Source: Podarcis cretensis
Lineage: Eukaryota
DNA length: 64,000 nucleotides
Reading direction: 5' to 3'
Assembly (NCBI GenBank): GCA_951804945.1
Contig: OX638157.1
Coordinates: 48,298,001-48,362,000 of the forward strand
In this document: positions 12,510 through 23,696 of the stretch, one piece after another
How the letters are laid out: each line of letters opens with the position of its first letter
Position numbering within the stretch: the first letter of the stretch is position 1
Made by a program: the position numbers and the translations under genes
Notes under the pieces: model-generated
Seen by the model: only the letters and a program-made list of their open reading frames with translations
Databases searched by the model: none
What the model was told of the DNA's origin: nothing

Positions 12510-13330
12510 CAGCTCCTTCTTCCTCTTGTCCTCCTTGACGTCGGTCTTCTTGATCTCGGCCTTGAAGGCCTCGGCCTCACCGTTGGCGTCGTCCTTCGCC
12601 AGGAGGTCCATGAGGTAGGCGATGTAGCTGGTGGCCAGGCGCAGCGTCTTGATCTTGGACAGCTTGGTGTCGGCGGGCACGTTGGGGATGCACTCGCGCA
12701 GCTCGGCGAAGGCGCTGTTGATGCTCTGAGTCCTGCGCCTCTCCTTGCGGTTGGCCGTGCCGCGCCGCTTGACCGGCCGCGGGCCGCCCCCTAAACCCGG
12801 CGGCCCGCCGCCGCTGCCCGGGGGGGCCACGCCGCCCACGTAGTGCGCGGAGGGCTCCAGGCCCGGCGCGCCGTTGGCGTACTCGGGGCTGTAGGAGAGC
12901 GCCATGCCGTAGTCGGGAGGAGACATCTCCGAAGGGTGGCTGCTGATCAGCCAGCCATGGAAGTAGGGGTTCTCCTCGTGGCCGCAGCGGCTGGCGGCGG
13001 CGGCTGCGGCGGCGGCTGCAGCGGCGGCGGCGAAGGGGTAGCCCTCATGGTGGACCACGGGGTGGTGCGGGAAGCCCCCTACCAGACTCATCGCCGGGGC
13101 CCCGGGAGCCCCGCGCCCCCGATCCGGTCCCTGGATCTGCGCTGCGGAGAAGAGCGTCTTAACAGAGGCTGGTGGCCATCGGAGGAGAGCTGCAGAGCCC
13201 CCCGAGCCCCCTGGAGGCAGCAGGATCAGGGCCTCCCTCGGCACTCATGCGGCCCGGGAGGTTGGGGCTGAAGGGGCGAAGGAAGACAAGAAAGGGGAGC
13301 AGGGTCCCCCCGGAAAAGAGGTACCCCTCC
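12480..13330. promoter_or_regulatory. CpG island core over HAND2 exon 1
   Basis: Very high GC content and CpG density by inspection. Confidence 0.85.
12510..13091 (-). CDS. HAND2: HAND2 coding exon 1 (194 codons: His-rich N-terminus, 13-Ala tract, bHLH domain)
   Basis: Translation [20 protein letters not shown](A)13SRC...[47 protein letters not shown]...KRKKEL matches vertebrate HAND2. ATG is at 13091-13089; donor CTG|GTCAGT follows 12510 (phase 0). Confidence 0.98.
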
Positions 13331-13783
13331 CGTCTCCAAGAGGTGAGGTGGGTTTCCCTCGCTGTCTTTTTTCCTGTGGCGTCTTCTTAGAGGGATTTTA
13401 AAGATATATATGAACACAACTTGGGGGGGGGGGTGTTTACTTACACCTGCATTTTCCTCCGACAGCCTCCCCTTGGCTGGAATGTCCCCCCCAGCTTGCC
13501 CAGTGGGTCCAGTTCCTTCTCCTCCCTGGACGGGAAGCGACTCCTGCGGTTAAATCTGACCGGCTCCCATCCACTTTGCTGGCTGCTTCGCAGCTGCCCC
13601 ACCAAGGAAATCCGCAGCTCTTCCTCGCCCCGAAGGAGAAGCTAAGGAAGAGGACGAGAATGAAGAAGATGGTGGTGCTGGAGACGATGGAGGGGGAAAA
13701 AATAAAGGCTCAAAAAAGGCTTCCCGGTCTCGGAGCTGCGCAGGGCACTGGTCGAATTTCCCAGCCGATCTCCATGTACAGCT
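13092..13783 (-). other. HAND2: HAND2 5' UTR (TSS approximately 13783)
   Basis: AGCTGTACATGGAGATC (13783-13767) resembles the recalled 5' end of mammalian HAND2 mRNA and lies 22-29 bp downstream of a TATA-like box. The exact TSS is inferred. Confidence 0.65.
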
Positions 13784-13799
13784 ACATGTTTAGGGCAGC

Positions 13800-13965
13800 T
13801 CGGGTTAATATATGTCGTCAGAGGCTCTCCGGGCCAATCCGGGCAGCCGGGAGGCGGGGCCTCCCTCTGCGGGCCATAAAACTTTTTTTGATCTTCGCGC
13901 TGCTAATTGTTCGGCTTCTCTTTTAGGATTGGCTGCGGTTCCTATCCATAATATAATTAAAACAA
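13800..13965 (-). promoter_or_regulatory. HAND2 core/proximal promoter, probably bidirectional
   Basis: TATATTAA (minus, 13812-13805), half-CRE TGACG (13820-13816), CCAAT boxes in opposite orientations (13834-13838 and 13928-13932), GC-box-like GGGAGGCGGGGC (~13849-13860), CCATAAA (~13875). Confidence 0.75.
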
Positions 13966-14039
13966 ACGAGGCAAAGGGTCCCCCCCTCCAAGCATCAACA
14001 GAGGTTAACGCGAGGGTTTAACAACGTTTCGCTGTAAGT
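13960..14039 (+). ncRNA. Candidate first exon of a divergent HAND2-AS1/Upperhand-like lncRNA
   Basis: AT-rich TATA-like stretch at ~13949-13962, then a consensus donor GCT|GTAAGT (14034-14039); a second donor TGG|GTAAGT is at 14892. Inferred by analogy with the mammalian locus only. Confidence 0.3.
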
Positions 14040-17000
14040 ATGCGGGCGTGCATGCATTTATTTGGGTTGATGATATGGAGAGCCAGATGGAGGAACAGAT
14101 AGGCTGATAGATGTAAGGACTAAAATAGCTGATTATCTCAATTAAGGTGTTCTATGGTTCTAAGGTTTGGAATATACTCTGCATGCAATATAATTATGTT
14201 ATTATAATTATAATGCACCCGTATGTGAGTATATTTTCTATCACTGTATGCTTGTTTATGATCTGGCAATAGGGACTGTGTTACTCACAGAGTAGTGACA
14301 GCAGTAGCGGAGAGGTGATGGATTATGAAGTTACAAATGTTTGTTGGGACTTTTTTCAGGATATTTTTTTTTAGGGTAGTGTGGGACAATCAGAATATTT
14401 CCCCCCTAATGAATGCCACAATATGCTATCACTTGGAAGTACCCCCCCCCCAAAAAAAATCAATGAGATCCATTTCTACGTACAATGTAATCGGAATCGG
14501 TGTAACAAGGAAAAATTCCCTGACAGTGCAAAATGCAATTGCAGTGGACCTTGCTAATGAGTTTCCTCCCGCAATTCACTTTACAGCAGACTTCTAGTTT
14601 GCTTAGGACTTATCCGGAGTTGTCAATCGCACTATGTACGTGGCAAAAATTAAACAATCAAAAACTAGATCGAATCAGTTGCATAGCGGGGGAATTTATT
14701 TCCTGTCTGTACAAAACAGTCCGTTGCCCAAAAGGCCAAGCACGGGGGTCGGGTGCAAGAGAGATTTTAAGGAATAAATTACTTTTCAAAAGAAAGCAAT
14801 GTGAACCCGAATCAATTTATTTCAGCAGTTTGGGCGTTCACACAATCCCTGCCTGAACTCAGCTTCCCCTTCACTTAGCCAGCCCAACTGGGTAAGTAAC
14901 CAAATCTTTTTAACAGCACGTCGTGACCTTATTTTCTCCTTTCACCAAAATTTAAAGATCTGCCTGTCTTTCTCTTGTTTCACCAATAATCATAATACTG
15001 AATATATCTATCTATATCGAAATGCCTAGCCAAACTTAAAGTAAAAGGGGTTTCACTTATGAGCCGGGAGTTGTTAAAAGAGATGTTTAATAGGCAGGCC
15101 CGGCACAACGCCAGCAGATATAGGGATAGATTTTTGTGCTTGGGAGATGTCGAACACATTGTAACAGGAAAAAGGATCCCCAACTGCATTTCACAGAGAA
15201 ACTGGTAGCTCGGAGAAAGGAATCTGAGTACATTCCCTGTCTCCTTCCTCCAAGAAGACTCAATGGCTGGGCAAAAGAATCTTTCCAGTCTTGGCAAGAG
15301 AACTGGTAGGATTTGGAGCAGATTAGGACGCGGTTCCAAAATCGGAGTTCAACAAATCACCGATCCAGGAGAATCCTTGGAAGGAAATACGATTTCTTTA
15401 TTTGTGGTCGCTTCCATGGGCTCAAATCCGAGCACATCGGCTTAACTGTTTGCACATCGCAGGCTTTTGCAAGGCCCACAGAGGGGGGAAATGTTCTTGG
15501 TTTCCTGATATTTTGAGAGAAGGAAGGGCAGATTAAACATGGAGATGCGGATCCATTCCAAGGTCGCTTCTCTTGTCTTCCAGTTTATTGGTTACAGTCT
15601 AATCTGAGTGGCAAAAGTGAAGGGAAAATATTAAGGCTGCGGTCCCGTGCGCCCTTACTTGAATTATCCTCATTACAACCCTGCGGCGTTTACTCCCGAG
15701 TAAGCATGCTAGGACCGTGGCGAAAGGCTTATAGGTTCTCCCTGCCATGCATCCTCACAGGGACAGCGGTACTGAACCTAATTCAGCTGGTGCATTGCAA
15801 TGCATAGCACACCTAAGACCGGAGCGTGCCCTTGGCTTTAGTACGAATGAAAATTGAATGAAAGGGCGTGGTTGCTGTTTTGCAGCTTTGCTGTTTGCTT
15901 AGGGTAAAAAAAAAAGCAAATAAGTCTTATACTCTTATCCTGTTGTATTCAAATGGGGGTGCAATCTGGTGTACAATTGGATTATGACTAGGATTGTGAA
16001 CTTCTAACACCAGAGTGTCAGGAACTGTCTGCCGCCGGCGATGATCCTAACACCAGCGAGATCCTACATAATTTTAAAACCGTTCCTCTCGTTTGCTCCG
16101 AACAGAATACTGTGCGTCTGAAATAAACCTAAGTGCACGGTATATCCCGGTGGCGTGGGTGTGTATGTGTAGCTCAGTGCGGGAGTGGAGAGCTGAATTA
16201 AATATGCAGAGTAAATAGCGGTAGTATAATGGAAACAAACAGAAATATAAGCCACATGAATGTTATAATGGGACGTGCAGATCTGTTTTCAGTATATTGC
16301 GGCGTGTTCCTGTCTCAATCCAGGGCTCTCTCGTGGTTGGCTATTATTCTTGCAAAACCGTGATGTACAACGCAGGGAAGAACACCGAATGCAATCCTAA
16401 CCCTACAGTCATACGAGAATTGGGCCATGGCTTTCGGTGGGACTTGGGTCGCGCCCACTTACAGTGTAGTATGGCTGTCAGGAGAGCAGCGAGGATGCGA
16501 AAATCCGAGTCCTCACCCGGACCACGGTTGCATCCAAGCGTTTGGCCCGATTCCGCTTTTCAGGTCCAGGCATATGTTGGTGGCAATCCTGTGCCCACAG
16601 TTATTCTGGGAGCAAGGCCCTTTGAATTCAGTGTGACTCGCTCCCGAGCAGACATGCAAGGCATTGAACTGTAAGACGATTAACACCCAGATCTCCAAGC
16701 AAAGTGATCCCGCATTTGGCCTCAGTTGATTTTGTTTGCAAGGAATATGCTTTGTTATGTGTTCTGACGCAGCAGTCCTGTGCACACGTACTGGGAAATA
16801 AGATCCCTTGAACATAAGCAGCGGGACTCATTTCCTCCTAGAACAAAATCCTTTTAGATTAGGATCTGAGTTGTTTGGACCACGATCCAGTTTTGAGTTT
16901 GCGGGTCCGGCTGTTCACCAAAGTTTAGCAAGAGTTTATTGCTCCAGAAAAAGCTGTGAGGGGATCTGAATAATAGTTGGATGCGTTGTGGTTGGATGCA

Positions 17001-19968
17001 TGCGTGTGCGCCTGTGTGTTAATTAATCAATCCAGAAATGTGGGCTTTGCAGAGGCTGAATGGACCTATTTGTTTGCAGACAATTTCAAGTGCAAATAAA
17101 TGGCGTGCCATCTCTCAGGCGTGCGCCCAACGCAAGCCTGAAAAACTTAAGAGCGGCTGTGGTGAACCGCTGCAGCTGGTTCCCTAATATCTCCAGGGAT
17201 AAAAAGCTTTGGCAAGCAAGCGGCAGAGCGAAATGCGACCAGAGCCACCTGAGATACTGATCAGAAGAGCAGCCCGCAAACCGTTTAAGGAATGCCATTT
17301 GGGGTGGGAGGGAGCGGCTTCCCTTATCTAGACGCCCAAACCGCGGCCTTTAAAGCGCCACTTCTTGATTTGCAAAGCGCGCCAATAGGACGCAGCGTCC
17401 TGCGGTTCTCAGAAGTTGTGGCTTTATTTATTTACCCCAAACCGCCAGGCCGACGCAGCCTGCGCAGGATCACTTATTTTCCTTTCCCATAGTCTGCTTT
17501 GAAATCTTCTCCACACACCGGCATGCACACTCTCCGTGCCTCAAACAGATACACACCCTAGGAATAATACTAATAAAAATTGTATGCGCTTTCTTTTCCA
17601 CTCAAATCCAAAAGTGTGACTTCGTAGAAATGCGCTCTGAACTCCACTACAATGCAGCATTGATTTCTTTTTCTTCGAGAGGTTTATGATAATTTCCAAA
17701 TATTGGTGCTGCTTATAAACTGTAAAACAGACAGGAGCTCACGTTCGGTGATAGTAGTATATATTATTAGCTCAGACTGAAAATCTGCACACTTATAGGT
17801 TGCTTAAGTAAATGATGGTTTGCAGGAGAGCGGTTGTGAGATTCAGTCGAATTAGAGCAGGATTCTAAACGCTTTATTGCGGATTAGACGTGTTTAGGAG
17901 ACTGGATCCCAACCGGTTTCAGTTCCAATATTTCTGCTTCCTGGGATGCAGGATAAATAAATAAACGGAGACACAGATGGAGGATGTTCAGAGTTATGGA
18001 TTGCGAAGCAGGAAGGGGAGAAAAGGAAAGGTGGACGAGCAAAGGAATAAAGGGAAGAGAAAATTATAAACTAGGAGGATGGCTACGAGGAAATGCGCGG
18101 ATGCTGATCCGGAGGATAAAGAGGAGAGAAGGAAAAGAAGTAGAAGAAAGAAATGAGGTTGCTCTCTTTGCCGGATTCTAGTCCCAGCAATACATTCATA
18201 ACTGCTTCTTTGTTGCCTTTCAAGGGAGCTTCGTTGTCCTTCTGGCCTGAGCCTTCTCAAACTGGTGTGGAAAAGTAAAAGCAGCCTGGGCGGAACTGGA
18301 GCACCGTGGAGTGGATATTCTGCAAGTCCGAGGGAGGGCGCAGTTCAGCAAAGTGTGTCACTGAATCGCAGGTCAAGGTATGTCCCGGAGAGGGTCCTGG
18401 ACTACGGGTGCCGGGAGGGCTCCGCCTCGGACGCGGATAAGAGTCCTCCGTGCGCAAGGCGCTGGACAGGTGACATAGGCGGGACCGGCTAGATGGCTGC
18501 GTTGGGACCCTTTCGGTCCACGTGCTTTCAAGCCACACATTTATTTATTGGGAGCCAAATTATTTCCCTTGCCTTCTAACTTCCGTTTCCCCTTTTGCTT
18601 TTAAAAATGAACCCAAGGAGGGGGTAATATGTGCTTATATTATGCGAGTCTGTATGGGGGGGGGGGTGAGAGGTGCACTCTTTTGCAGGGATTTGTTTTC
18701 GCTTGCAAAACTCATACCAAGGGAGCCTCAAAGACTAACTAAAGGGAATTGAAAACAAAACGCTTTTTGTGTTATAAGAGTTAGTTTTTATTCGTTCCCC
18801 TCCCAACTTATTAACAATGAAGGAGCCGGCACACGGCTTTTAAATTGCCACTTAAAAATGTGTTCTAAAAGTCACGTAGCCAAGCGAATGGAAGAAAACA
18901 GCAATATAATGTAAGCTGTTCAGTTGTAGTTTTGATGGGTAATACAAGAGCGCTCTCCCCCTAAGATAAACAAAAACAAAAACCCTCTGCACGCACGGCG
19001 ATTTGATTCATATTGACTCGGAAGCAAATTCTGAGATTTACTTCTGTGCCAGTTTTTGTTCCCGCGTATTGGCTCCGCAGCCTCTATAGCCGCTCCCAAA
19101 TACAATCAAACAACAACAGGATGAATGGGACTTGCTCCAAAATATAAGCTGCAGTCACTGACTTGTGCTACTAAACAGCTACTAAACAGCTGTGAAAACA
19201 GCAGATGCACCAGGCGACAGGACGGTCCCCAATAAGAACTGCAACCTCTCCAAACCAGGCATCGTGTGGCCCTCGTTCTATCAACGCACGTGATGCCGTC
19301 CTGGTCTTTCTTTCTTTCTTTCTTGCTTGCCTTGATTGCACGCACCCAATCTTCCCAGCGGGAACAACCCAGCGAACGACCGCCTGCATTTATAACCCGA
19401 ATAAGGCGCGGATGCTAAACAGTTTTCTTTAGAAGACAGTCGCTACTTTCTCTCCCGCCTCCCTCTTGTTCGTTCCTACCCAAATTGGGATTCTAAATCG
19501 TAGTGACTTTTCGTATCCCAGTCAAAACCTGTGTTTAGGATCCGGCTGCCTGTGCTCTTTACAGCCTAACCCCGAACAGGTTGGTTCACCTGGAAGTAAA
19601 TCGCAGTGAAATGAAATCAAGTCCTGGGTGTATTAATCGCCTTTGAAACCAGTTGCTCCTCCTTACATTAGCTGGTGGGTCTTGCGAGCGTGTTCTGCCA
19701 AAGTTTCAACTCAGCGTTAGCTCAGCCATAGTAAGGCCAAGGAGTAGTAAATATTTGCAAGGTGGCACCTGAGGTCGTGCGCCCTTCCTCTTTCATTCCC
19801 CTCACACCAGCTGTCATCACATGATGTGTTGTTTGTTTGTTTGCTTGCATGTTTTCAAGCCCGCCCTTGTATTGCAATAGCAATTCTTTCTCGTCCCCTT
19901 TCCTGGGAACTGCACCCCACGATTTTCAATGGAGGCAAATCATTGCCTTTACCTCCTTCATCAGAATT

Positions 19969-20109
19969 NNNNNNNNNNNNNNNNNNNNNNNNNNNNNNNN
20001 NNNNNNNNNNNNNNNNNNNNNNNNNNNNNNNNNNNNNNNNNNNNNNNNNNNNNNNNNNNNNNNNNNNNNNNNNNNNNNNNNNNNNNNNNNNNNNNNNNNN
20101 NNNNNNNNN
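19969..20109. other. Assembly gap (141 N)
   Basis: Run of N. Confidence 1.
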
Positions 20110-23094
20110 ATCATAATGCTGACATATTTCTTATAGCTGCATATTTATATCCCGCTTTTCTCTCAGATGCGCTCCATTCCTGTCACGCCCAGCTTCTTTG
20201 GATTCCCTTCCACTGCAGACGGACTTCGAGTCATTCGGGGGTCGGGGCAGCGAGAATGGCAACGGAACAGTCTACTTCCCAGCTCGACCAGAGGGGCTGG
20301 ATGGATTTAAAGGCCGTCCTGTGACTCCAGCGGGTTTGTGGTTTGCATCTCCTCCTATTAAACCGATTAGAGGCAAGCCAGGAGAAACGGTTGGCTTAAA
20401 ACGCCACAGAAACAAGTTTCACTGAAGTCATGAGGAAACACTGGCAAGCAAGCTTGATTGTGTTTTAGGGGGGTCAGGCTACAGCTTGACAGGTTTATTC
20501 GCAGAGGCTTGTATCATCTTTCCGCCAAACCTTCTTTTTCTTCAGATTATTAATTTATGCAGAAATCCGGGAGTCTTGAAGGCCAGCTGACATCTGGCGG
20601 GCTGCATCTCCCCCTCCTCTTCCCTCCCGCCCCCACCCCGGCAGTTCCAGTTACACAAATCGACCAGGGGAGTAGAAAATACTTGTTTGTGGGTGGGTGG
20701 TATCAATAAAGTGTAAGGGCTGGCTTGTTCGACGCGCCATCGAGGCACTGGAGCGCTCCTAGGTTCTTAAGCCATTTCCCAATGTTATTATTCGACAAGC
20801 TAGAGAACTATTTGAATGTATGAAGGAGTGCCCAAGCTCGCAGCAGATTTAAGGTGCGAGGGACCAAACTCCGATCTCAAGTCCTGTTTGAAATGCACTA
20901 TGGTACTTAAATCATATGGGCAGAAATTTCTGCCCTGCTGAAGAATCTCTAAGAGAAGTCTTGCTAGGGTGACTTTCGCTTTTTTCTCTCTCTCTTCCTG
21001 CCCCCCTATATACAACAAATATGGACACTATATTTAAACAGTTGTTATTTGCATGGTTTCTTTCTCATCTCTACTGTAATGTCGTCGCCCCCCCGCACAT
21101 TTTATAATTTGTCTTGGGCATATTTAAAGGTAAAAATAAAAATAAACATCTCTCTGTGATCTTCGTTCCATGTTATTTTCTTTTTGCGTGTAAGAGTCTA
21201 CAGACCCATGGCACAAAGTCTCTAGAATTAAGCAGAGTAAATTACATGCGATTTTGTTGCTATTCCGTGTCGTCTTTTTCTTTCAATAATCAAATTTTAG
21301 CTGAAGGTGATAGCATGGAAGTAAGGCTGTCAACACTGACAATGTTTACTTGGAAGAAACTGCCTGAGCATCATTTGGCGGGGGTGATTCATGGACTTCT
21401 TCCTATAGTTGCGTACAACCAATGTTAGTCCTACTCAGAGTTGGCCCATTGGAATAAATGTGCCTAAGTTAGTCACATCCGTTCATTTCAATGGGTCGTC
21501 TCTGAGTAGGAGTAAGGTTGGACACAGCCTAATGGATCTTGCAACATGATGCGGAGATCCTAAGCACGTAACCTCTTCTGAACAGAGGGGGACTTACTTC
21601 TGAGTAAACATGCAAAGGATTGCACAGTAGGACTGCTCACTCAATAGGATCAATATAAGATTATTGTTCTAGCCAAAGGCCATGACAAACTCACAGCAAC
21701 AGTACCAATAAAACAATGCAGATCATACAGCCATAATATGTGCCAACATCCATGAGGTCCAGAGACTCAAACAAAATCCAGTTTGATTTCAAATTAAATC
21801 TCCGAATCACTACAATTTAGGGATTTTATCTATCCCCCTATCCCGGATTTTTAAATTCTATTTTGTTTTTTGCAGCCACTGCATAGAGGGCCACTCTGGG
21901 TATTACTAAGCTAATATTGTTACTCAAAAGAAACCGGACCATTTCTGCCACGGTGTACCTGTTTGCTTGTGTGAACGAAGGTTTCAGAGTGCTCACTCAA
22001 AATAAAAAGGGGGCTGGCTGGTATATCCATTTCACATTCCCTAAGGATTATTCTGGCATTACAGTGAACATATGTATTATGTACAAACGACCCTGGAATC
22101 TTTTGATGAAGGGGTGCCTAAGAAATATTTCAAATAAATGAATGAGTGAATTCTGCCCCAACTGCAAAACGGGGGTTGTATCACTCACTGATGACAATAT
22201 GTGGATCACGTCTAAGGTTGCAATACAAGCGTTTGTGTGAAAGAGGATGCACTTGTGGATTTGTGCAGCTCAAGCCATTGTGACTGCAGGCACACAGATT
22301 GTACACTATATGAAATGTGTGAAGACCCTTGTATTCATACATGCCTTTGTTGATGTTTTTACTGCTAATCGTCTTAGGATGTTTTATGAGAAGGAAGTTA
22401 GAAATATTATTTATTTCATTATTATTTATCTTCGATAATTAAGGACTTCAGCCTTAATTAATTGGGAATTACTTCCAAGTAAAAGTATATAGGATGAGTG
22501 AGTCTCGACGACTTCCATTGGGAGAAAACCACTTTACAGATTCCTAGAACTTTAACGTGGACTGGTGGGTCAACCTGCATTTTACCTCTGAGCAATGAAC
22601 GCCCATTGCTTTCAAGTGCGTTTGCTTCCACGCATGTTGCTTAGTAGGTTTTCTTTCGACCCCAGATCAATCAGTGGTATAAAATTAAGTCTAACCCAAG
22701 CTCTCTTTGGGAGCTGCAGATGAAGCGGTGGAGGAATAACCATTCAACGCCAAAGGCCCTGAGTCTATGGGAGCAGAAGGAAGAGGAACAAATTAAGACT
22801 CAAACTCTAAATATATTCACCAAGAAGTATATTCCAGAAAGCCAAGTGGAAATACTTCAGAGTAAGCATGCTTAAGGGCGGCCTGCAAGGTTGCTATTCT
22901 AAGGATAATTGGTGCCGCACTGAGAGAGAGGAGGATGCCTACGAATGCCCAGCTCTCGGATCCATAGCTTCTACAAGATTCCGGGGAAAACTCATTCCCA
23001 CCTAAGTCCAGGACAAATGAGCACCATTCTTATGGGGTGATCCTTCTGCAGACAGTCTGAGCCCAACCCTTTGGGTAAAGTCAAGGAGCTGAAG

Positions 23095-23421
23095 TGCTTG
23101 CAGGGTCAGGCTAGGGCCGAGGGACACAACCCAGGTCGAATTCTCACTCAGCTCACTGGGCATGGGCGTAGCCAGGATTTTTCTTAGGGGGGCAGACCTT
23201 TTGTTGAGGGGGGGCGCAGAACCTCAGTTTGCTATGTATTTTTATTGATTTTTATTGCCCTTCCCTGCCCCCCCCGGCCCATGTCACTGGGTGATTATGG
23301 ACCAGTCACACTCATAACCTAACCTACCTCACAAGGAGTATAAAAATGGTGGCTTGGGAAAATCAACTAGCTCCTCTGAGATCTTTAGTAGAAAGGCGGG
23401 ATCTAAATGTAATAAATAAAT
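23095..23421 (+). mobile_element. Older CORE/MIR-like SINE interrupted by a hAT MITE
   Basis: Same layout as the copy at 44031 (GCTCACTGGG|TGA...CCAGTCAC...AACCTACCTCACAAGG...AATAAATAAA), with an insertion at 23161-23283. Confidence 0.7.
23161..23283. mobile_element. hAT MITE (123 bp)
   Basis: Termini CATGGGC...GCCCATG; perfect 8-bp TSD TCACTGGG at 23153-23160 and 23284-23291. Confidence 0.85.
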
Positions 23422-23654
23422 TTATCTAGAGGAGTGGATGACTCTCCCACTGCATGGTCTAACAATTTCTGTGGGAGAAATATTAAGTATCTGAAACAAA
23501 CTGCCTAATCCATCTGTATAATGATCCAAATTTTATTTAATGCTAGATTTTTTTTTGGGGGGGGGTTATTGGGTTGTTTTTATTTTGAGGTTTTATATTT
23601 TGATTTTTTCTGTGAACCGCCCCGAGACCTCCGGGTATAGGGAGGTATTATAAA

Positions 23655-23655
<1 letters not shown>

Positions 23656-23694
<39 letters not shown>

Positions 23695-23696
23695 AA
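23656..23696. repeat. (GAAA)n microsatellite at the end of an L2-like tail (~23560-23655)
   Basis: Direct reading; preceded by TGTGAACCGCCCCGAGACC...GGTATTATAAA. Confidence 0.9.

Noticed and set aside
13092-13244. 51-aa N-terminal extension of HAND2 in the ORF track
   Set aside because: It starts at GTG directly after a TGA and has no similarity to HAND2. The conserved start is MSLVGG at 13091. Non-AUG initiation cannot be excluded but has no support.
12436-13271. Plus-strand ORFs (60, 118 and 142 aa) antisense to HAND2 exon 1
   Set aside because: Expected by-product of GC-rich codon usage; no recognisable protein features.
19826-20324. ORFs spanning N runs (also 24885-25451)
   Set aside because: Artefacts of the assembly gaps.
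220-22900. Recurring short palindromes that could suggest a CRISPR-like or regularly spaced array
   Set aside because: Spacing is irregular and divergence is high; these are dispersed copies of a eukaryotic MITE-like repeat.
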